Positions 55,938-64,000 of a stretch of 64,000 nt of DNA are shown here, piece by piece. The stretch is from Callorhinchus milii (taxonomy: Eukaryota): the NCBI RefSeq assembly GCF_018977255.1, contig NW_024704743.1, positions 36,520,001 through 36,584,000 of the forward strand, read 5' to 3'. A program made the translations under genes and the position numbers. Each line of letters starts with the position of its first letter. Position 1 is the first letter of the stretch. The notes under the pieces were generated by a model. The model did not search any database and was not told the origin of the DNA. It was given only the letters and a program-made list of their open reading frames with translations.

Positions 55938-56496
55938 GGGCCAAATGGCCTGTTTCTGAGCTGCATATTCTGTGAATGGCATTGTTTGACTGAGTCAGAG
56001 AGAAAGTTTGGGTGACAATTGAAGAGGAATGTCTTCAAATGCGATCTGAAGACTAGTAAAGAGGTGACAAGGCGGAAGAATATAGGAAGAGTGTTCTAGA
56101 GGTTCCTTCACATTGAAACATGACATACAATTCAATACAAAATTACGCTCATTCAATCATATAGATCTTTGAAAATATTTCATTAATATTTCATTAATAA
56201 ATATGGAATCTGTTTTGGATTTCATTTATTTTATTTATTTAATAAATTATAATTTATTAGAAATGTACTTTCAAATTTTGTAATGTTTAAATTCTGTTTA
56301 AATCCATTATACTCAGAAGGCCAAATAACAAAAAGTGGGCATTAGAATTCTGGTCAAAATTGCATGAGAAAAAAATGAAATATAGATGGTATATTTGTTT
56401 CTTCTACTTTTTCTGAAAGCTATGTTAAAAATATTAATAGCAGTTATAGAAACTAAAACTGAACTTGGCATGATTCTTTATTAATCTGTTAATTGA

Positions 56497-56649
<153 letters not shown>

Positions 56650-56939
56650 TAAAAGCATTCATTTCCTAATTATTTTCCTCTATCACCATGACCACTTGAA
56701 ACATTTGATTGTGAGCATCTGTCAGTGTATAACTTTGCCAAAGAACTAGCAGCTTCTCATTTTTCTTTGAGTGAGAATGAATGGTGTTCATGTGATAGAT
56801 TGATAATTGTATTTTCAATGAAAGATTTCTGTCCACCTAGCAAAGAAGGATAGGTAATTAAACTGTTCTCAGGTTTCTGCTATTGCTACTCTTAAGACAA
56901 TTATAAGGAGGTGCCTCAATTAAAATTTCTATACTGCTA

Positions 56940-57330
56940 TTGTGTGACAACTTGGCTCAATTGGAAGGCTTCAAACCCACAACGGAACTTGAAACTCATA
57001 TAGTCTTGGCTGACACTCCAGTGCAGTGCTGGGGGTGTGCTGCATTGTCAGAGGTGCTATCCTTTGGATGAGTCAATAAACCAAAGTCCTGTCTGCCTCT
57101 CCAGATGGATGTCAAAGAACCCATAGTAATAATGAAATGAGAAAGGAATTTCTCCCAATGTCCTTGCCAACAATTGGCCGTTTATTCCATGGCTGTTTGT
57201 GGGACATTGCCTGTGGCGTTTGCTCATAAAATACACATAGTCACACCACTTTGCAATATATCCTGCAAGGCACTTTGAAACATCTTGACGATGTGATAAG
57301 ATACTATATCAAATGCAAGAATGATTATAA
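56940..57330 (+). mobile_element. Older SINE with a different tRNA-like head and Deu-domain-like core (DeuSINE/SacSINE1-like)
   Basis: gcattgtcagaggtgc...ggatgag...aaacc...tgtctgcc...ggatgt...aaaga.ccca core as I recall it for DeuSINEs; related copies at ~270-600, 16776-16940, 23540-23885, 38437-38822, 46510-46795 (-), 52115-52520 and 60830-61250. Confidence 0.7.
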
Positions 57331-57974
57331 TTACTTTTAGTATAATATTGTTATGTATGTTTTATTCCTATTGTGTATCTCATTGTTTAATTTAATTTAA
57401 TTGTTTAATTTAATTGTTCACTTTTCATGAACTTCTCGTAGTAATCCAAACTGCACAAAATAAATCTAGGATCCAAAAATAAAGATTTTCTTAATTTCCC
57501 GGTATTTATAGATTGCATTGTGGCACCTTCCTTTCAAAATTAACATCTGAAAATTTTTGAGTTCTGCAGCATTATATTTCCTTTTACTTGCATCTTTTGT
57601 CTCTGTCTGTAAAGCCTGTTAATACAGATCTCAAAATTCTCCATCAAATATAACATACATGTGATGGTCAAAGTCATTTCTGACAGATGGTTGTAATCAG
57701 ACAGTATCACACTTCAGCAAGTCTATACTTCTGAGGTTCCAGTAAGACTAGTTCAGTGGAGCATGCTTTTCAAAGTTTGGATTTCGACTCATATTGTTGG
57801 TCATCAATAAAAAGCTGGTAGATTCCTTTCAGATTCACGATTTAAAAGCAATTGGTATTATTGCAAGCCACTAACTATTGCCCACTATATAGTATAAATG
57901 CTCACTAGAAAGAATAGTTTAAATTTAGAAAAAAAAAATAACTTTATTTTAATGTTGCTTTGTTGTTCATTCAG

Positions 57975-58058
57975 GAAAACCGCCATTTTTTGCAGAAAAC
58001 CTCTCTGAATTACGTGAGAAGATTTTGCATGAAGATCCACCGCCACCCAAGGCCAAAG
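57975..58058 (+). CDS. ULK4: ULK4 coding exon 6: (G)[27 protein letters not shown](G)
   Basis: cattcAG acceptor, AAG|GTACAG donor, 84 nt, phase 1-1; GKPPF motif. Confidence 0.93.
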
Positions 58059-58325
58059 GTACAGTGGTTTTCCAGGATATTGAGAGAATCAATAAATTAT
58101 TATTTTCCATCATTATACTCCACTTAAGAAAAGGCACTGTTGATGACAGGGTCAGCAGCACGTGGAGGGGCCAGACCAGTCAGTGGGGTAGAGAATCATC
58201 CCACTCAACTCCTGTTATTCCTGCAAGCAAAAGCCCATTGGACAGGATGGTCCTAACTGGGCAAGCCACAGGAAAGCTTGCCGGACTGTGCTATCAATGG
58301 CAAACTATGCAGTTTCAGCTGGTTA

Positions 58326-60211
58326 AGATCTCCAAGATCAAGGGAATCCGCTCCGCGGTCACTTCCCCTCCAACTTCCACCCACCACCCACCCCTTCCCT
58401 CCCACACTCCGACTCCTACCCATCCTCCCCTACACACCTTCGTACCCGTTTCCCCACCCTCTGTCACTGAACTCATCCTATCCCTAAAACCAACCACCTG
58501 CTCCCTTGACCCCATCCCCACTCCACTCCTTATCTCCCAGCTCCATTTTCTTGCCCCACACATCACTGACATCATAAACCTGTCCCTCTCCTCTGGCTCT
58601 GTCCCCATTCCATTAAAAACTGCCATCATCACGCCCACCCTGAAAAAACCCTCCCTTGATGCGTCGCAGCTATCAAGCTACCGGCCCATCTCCAACCTCC
58701 CCTTTCTCTCCAAGGTCTTGGAAAGAGTTGTCGCCTCCCAACTGCGCTCTTTCCTCTCCACCCATTCTCTTTTTGAACCCCTTCAGTCAGGTTTCCGTGC
58801 TGCTCATAGCACAGAAACTGCCCTGGTCAAGGTCACCAATGACATCCTGACCATCTGTGACCAGGGCTCCCTCTGTCTCCTCGTCCTCCTCGACCTATCG
58901 GCAGCATTCGATACGGTCGACCACGCTATCCTACTCCACCGCTTGTCCTCCCACCTCAACCTTCAAGGCACTGTCCTTGAATGGTTTAGCTCTTACCTTT
59001 CCCACCGTCTTCACTTCGTCTCAACGAATGGCTTCTCCTCCACCCCCCGTACTGTCTCATGTGGTGTCCCTCAGGGCTCTGTCCTCGGTCCCCTCCTCTT
59101 CACCCTCTATATGCTCCCCCTTGGTGACATCATCCGCAAACATGGGGTTAACTTCCACATGTATGCGGATGACACCCAACTCTACCTTTCCTCCTCTACT
59201 CTCAACTCCACGACCACCGATGTCCTGACAGCCTGCCTGTCCGACATCGAGTCCTGGACGAGAGACAACTTTCTTCAGCTCAACGTGCAAAAAACCGAGG
59301 CCCTCCTGATTGGCTCACGTCAGCGCCTCCGCACCTCAGGCGCTGACACCATCAGCATCCAAGGCTGCACTCTCCACCTCTCAAAGCCAGTCAGGAACCT
59401 CGGCGTTTTGTTCGACCCTGAGCTGTCCTTTCTCCCTCACATCCGCACCACAACTGGCACCGCCTTCCATCACCTCCGGAATATCGCCAGATTACGGCAC
59501 TACCTCACCCCTCACGCTGCTGAAACCCTGGTTCACGCCTTTGTCACCTCAAGGCTGGACTATGGGAACTCTCTCCTCGCCGGCCTTCCCGCCACCTCCC
59601 TCCACAAGCTGCAGGTCATTCAGAACTCTGCAGCTCGTGTACTGTCCCGCACCAGGCTTCGGGACCACATCACTCCCACCCTCGCTCGCCTCCACTGGCT
59701 CCCCATCCCCCAGAGGATTGATTTCAAGATCCTCATCCTCACCTACAAGGCCATTCACGGCCTTGCTCCCTCCTACCTCTCCAACCTACTATCCCCCTAC
59801 CTACCTGCCCGTACCCTCCGTTCCTCTGGCTCCGGTCTGCTCCACGTCCCCCGCCCCAACCGCCCTACTATCGGTGGTCGGGCCTTCAGCCTCTCAGCCC
59901 CGAGGCTCTGGAACTCCATCCCCCAGTGCCTTCGCCTTGCTTCCTCCCTTTCCTCCTTCAAGGCCGGTCTCAAAACCTTTCTCTTTGACCGTGCCTTCAG
60001 CTCCCCTCTCGACTCTCTTCCTCCTCCTCGCTCCCTCCCTTCCCTCCCCTCACCCTGACCATTTCCCCCTCCTCTCTCCCTCCCTTCCCTCCCCTCACCC
60101 TGACCATTTCCCCCCTGCTCGGGTCATGACCCAACTGTGCAGCGCCTTGGGACGTCCTCCTGACGTGAAAGGCGCTCTATAAATGGAATCTTGTTGTTGT
60201 TGTTGTTGTTG
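58326..60211 (+). mobile_element. Young 5'-truncated L2-clade LINE with uninterrupted ORF2 RT and C-terminal region (no endonuclease domain), inside a ULK4 intron
   Basis: Open frame to TGA 60056-60058 with [44 protein letters not shown] (59162-59173) and LHWLP motifs; 3' stem-loop at 60141-60176, (TTG)n tail; target-site duplication TGGTTA at 58320-58325 and 60212-60217. Confidence 0.95.
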
Positions 60212-61660
60212 TGGTTAGACTCCAACGCACACTCTGGGGTCCCAAAGCCTTGGATCTTGCCAACCTGCGCCTAATACTTTCCAGAGAATTCGGTAAGCAG
60301 GATGTGTCCTCCAGGGAGAGAGCCCACATTGCATTCCAACAATCTATCTCTGGGATTTCCATGTATAGGTGAGATACATGGAATTCTCAGTTTGGTTTGG
60401 ATACTCAAGCATGGTGATGGGTTTCTGCATGTGTCAGACAGTTGACACAAAAAAGCGTCAGCAAAAATGATTGTGCTAATTTTCGGTGGTTCTGAAAGGT
60501 CAGTTTGGGGTCAGTGATTTGTGAAAGATGCCAAGTGCGAACAATGCTAGCTGGCAGTTTTGCTCTACAGCCTTTTTGCTTTTATAAATCACTGGACCCA
60601 ATACAACCATTCAGTTCAAGAAATCGGCACAAATTAGCATTTCTCCTCCTGAAAATACCCCTGTATTTCAAATGAGACTCCAGTATGTGTTTTTAGAATA
60701 TAAAATGTGGTTCAATTTGATGATAACTTTTTAACTTCATTAAGATTCCTTTTCTTTTAATAAGAGTAAAAAAAACAGGTCTCTTACAGCTCATGGTGAG
60801 CGCCTTCTATGGTCAGTAAACAGTTAAAAGGCAGGATCAGTTGGAAGCACTTTTGCCTCTGAGTCAGAGGATTGTGGGTTTTAGCCCCACCTCAGAACTG
60901 AAACTTGTATAATCTAAAATGACACTCTACTGTAGTGCTGTGGTTTGCTGGATTGTTGGAAATGCCATTCTTCAGGAAAGCTGTTAAACTGAGGCCTTGT
61001 CTACTTGTTCAGGTGGATAGTAAAGATCTTATGGCATTATTTGAAAAGAGAAGGGAGTTCTTCACGGTTCGCGTGGCCAACAATTCCCCAGATAAAATTA
61101 GCCATTCACTTTACATGGGCGTTTTGGGACATTGTTGTGCACAAAATTGGCTGCCACATTTGCCCACAAAACAACTTCACAGTCTCTGAAGTACTTTGGG
61201 ATATCCTCCTGATGTGAAAAATGCTATTCCAAACATAAGGATTATTATTCTTAAATTCAGGAAAGATTCATGTGGTTTTCATTGCAGTTTTAAAGGAATT
61301 TCAGTATTAAAAGAAACTTTGTTTTCCCTAACTTAGATTAGGCATATTTTTTTCTGGCATGTGAAGTATCATGTGTTTTGAAGGATGACTGAAAGGACAA
61401 TTTGTATTTCTATTTCTTTTAAGTGTTTCTTTCAGGGAATGTTTCTGGATGGATTTCCGTATAGCTCAGTCATCAGATCTTGTATCGCAGATTTTTGGGG
61501 GAATATCAGATTTACTGATACAATTACTAGTAAAGAAAAAAAATCCCTTTCATGATCCAAATGTCATTGGTCGGCCTTGCTGAAAATTCAATGGTAGAAA
61601 TTGTAGTCGACAGTATGGACCAATTGATGCAATCTTTCACCAATTTGTTGTATCTTCCAG

Positions 61661-61736
61661 GTTCAGCTGGCACAATTAAACCTCTTGAGTTTCTCAGTCT
61701 AATTCAAAGCCTGCTTCAGAAAGACCCCTCAAAAAG
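61661..61736 (+). CDS. ULK4: ULK4 coding exon 7: (G)SAGTIKPLEFLSLIQSLLQKDPSK(R)
   Basis: tcttccAG acceptor, GTAAAA donor, 76 nt; kinase subdomain XI LLQKDPxKR. Confidence 0.93.
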
Positions 61737-63586
61737 GTAAAAGAGTTAAAGTTTTTGAGAAATCTCAAATTTTTATATGCAACAGATTTTTGGGAAAATT
61801 CTCTTCCTAAACAACAACCACTGCTTACATTTTATAGCACCTTTCATGTCGAGAGGCATCTCAAAACTCTTCGCAAATCTAACTTCTAGTTCGTGCTGGC
61901 AATCTGAGGATATTATTGCAACACATTTTTGAACATGATTACAGAATGTTTGTGTGTGTATTTTAAAACAAATTGTCTTCCTTTACCTTGGACCTTTGCC
62001 TAAAACAATCTGTGACCGCTTAGCATACTGCTGAATTCAATCTTGCATATTTTTAGGGGTTTGTTTGGGATTGATTTCCAGATGTATTAAGTGATGCTGT
62101 TTCCCTAATAAAGGGATACTTGTAAATATGTGTAGACATTAACGTAATGTTTACCAATATTTAAGCAAACAAAACAAAATAACACCACAACATTTCACAT
62201 GATTTACCTTCAACTGCAGCATGGCCTTATCTGCCAACCAATATAATTATTTTTTCTGAACTCACTCTTTCCTGACTTCACTGGTGATTTCAGAAATAGC
62301 AACTTGACTAGTTTGCATATATGTTGATTACACTATTTTATACTGACCGTGCCCTTCCTTTCTTACCAGGGCTAGCATCTTTCTTCAAATAATTTCTACA
62401 CTTGAGATAATCAAAGAAAAAGATGAAATTGTTGATATTGTTTGTTGTATTGATTCTGGAATCTGTTCAATCTTTCCAGGGCCAGATCAGATTCTGGACA
62501 CCAATTTAATTTAAGCTCAGATGACAGTAGAGCAATGCAGCATATTTTACTATTAATTATCCATATGGATGATATAGGATGGTATAATTGTGGTAATGTT
62601 CTTCTTTATTGATTCAATGACCTGAAAGAAAAAGCAATTGTTCATCCCACAAGAGAAAATGACCTTAGGGGCAGTATCTGTTTAAGAACTTTGCAATATA
62701 TCTGGGCTTTTTGACCTTTCTTTCATTGTTAAATTGGATTTTTTTTTACTAGAGTAACATTTTGTATACTCTGAGGTCTTCAATGCTTTTATGCAAAATT
62801 ACTTTTAATAATAATTATTAAAATTACTTTTGCTTGAATAATACGACCTACAAACATATCTTTTTCAAATATTTTCTGAGGCAAGAACAAAAAAATTACC
62901 AGCATAGAGGGAAGTGGGATCTGTTTGGTTGAGGGCAACAGTTTACTGCAGGATGTGAATCTTCTAAAGTATTCTACAGTTACCATGTCAACATATTTTC
63001 AGACGAAGAAGTCAGATTTGCGTTCCAATCCATATTGACTTTAATAAATGCAATTTAATAGGATTACTGCATGCAATATTAAACGAGAGCAATTTCTTCT
63101 GAATATTAATGAACAGCAACCCAGACTATAAACTGTTTATAATTTTAAATTTGCAAGGGCTCACTCATGTGCCAAAATGAATTGTCTGAATTTTTTTTAA
63201 AAAAGAGGACAAATTGCTAAATTGTTTCTCAGCAAAGAATCATCTCTGATAAAGTTAAAATTGTGTGGATTTGTATCCTTGTTGAAAACAGTTCAGTCAG
63301 AGCATCTCCCAGATCAGCTGTATTTAGTTTAACAGGGCAGACTTTTCAGACCTGCCGGTGATTCCAACCAGTCCCACTCGGTTAAAGTGCAGCACTGGAT
63401 GAGCATTTTATACTTAGTGGCTCCCTTTCCCATGTTTATTGTTGATATGTTTTAGAAATAAATAATTTCAAGATTAAATTATTACTTTTATTGAGTGTTC
63501 AAATGATACGGATTTGTGAAATTTGTATATTTCAAATTGATATTTGTGTTTGATAATTAACTGAGATTTTGTATTTCATTTGAAAG

Positions 63587-63685
63587 ACTGGACTGGAAAG
63601 GCCTTCTGCAGCATCCTTTCTGGAAAGGTGCATTTGCCGGAAATGAAGTGATCGCCAGTGATGATAATAACAGCAATAACTCAAG
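63587..63685 (+). CDS. ULK4: ULK4 coding exon 8: (R)LDWKGLLQHPFWKGAFAGNEVIASDDNNSNNS; gene continues beyond the window
   Basis: tgaaAG acceptor, GTCAGT donor, 99 nt; LLQHPFW closes the kinase fold; phase 2 fits the previous exon. Confidence 0.9.
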
Positions 63686-64000
63686 GTCAGTAAAGGAGGA
63701 CAATATTATTTTAACATTATTATGCAAGCACCTCATGAAAACATTACCGTTGAAAAAAAGGAGCAAATTCACAATACAGGTTATATATAATAAGAGATTA
63801 GATGCATCAACAAAACTGGTTGAATATACAAAGATTTCTAATGTGACTCCTTACATCACTGGTCTATGTTTCCTCCCCCCTCCCCCACCCACATTGGAAA
63901 TAAATTCTTTACTTTTTTTCTCTCATAATCTGCTAAAATTGATGATTAATGAGGATTGTGGTTCCGTACGCCAAGCACTTATGCACATCACTAATCTTAA

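Noticed and set aside
58025..60058. Autonomous full-length LINE, or a stand-alone 677-aa gene
   Set aside because: The ORF-track start is a TTG inside a ULK4 exon; the element lacks ORF1, endonuclease and 5' UTR.

Overview
Eukaryotic genomic DNA, most likely from a cartilaginous fish (probably a holocephalan such as Callorhinchus; inferred from the repeat repertoire, not proven). The right third holds the 5' part of ULK4 on the + strand: eight coding exons (49133-63685) that splice in frame into the Unc-51-like pseudokinase domain. A CpG island at ~41.4-42.0 kb looks like a bidirectional promoter, and a second GC-rich region at ~36.5-38.3 kb holds a probable non-coding first exon on the - strand (TRAK1 by vertebrate synteny; no TRAK1 coding exon seen). 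The rest is AT-rich intron-like DNA with many L2 and CR1 LINE fragments, two tRNA-derived SINE families sharing an L2-type tail, and a dispersed repeat that appears to be the 3' UTR of an RTE-like LINE. Two things stand out. (1) A young, 5'-truncated L2 with an intact reverse-transcriptase frame lies in a ULK4 intron exactly in frame with the preceding exon, with no stop in between, so intron read-through would encode a ~908-aa pseudokinase-RT fusion. (2) An isolated, intact 99-nt ankyrin-repeat exon at 18320-18418 resembles TRPN1/NOMPC and has no visible partner exons.
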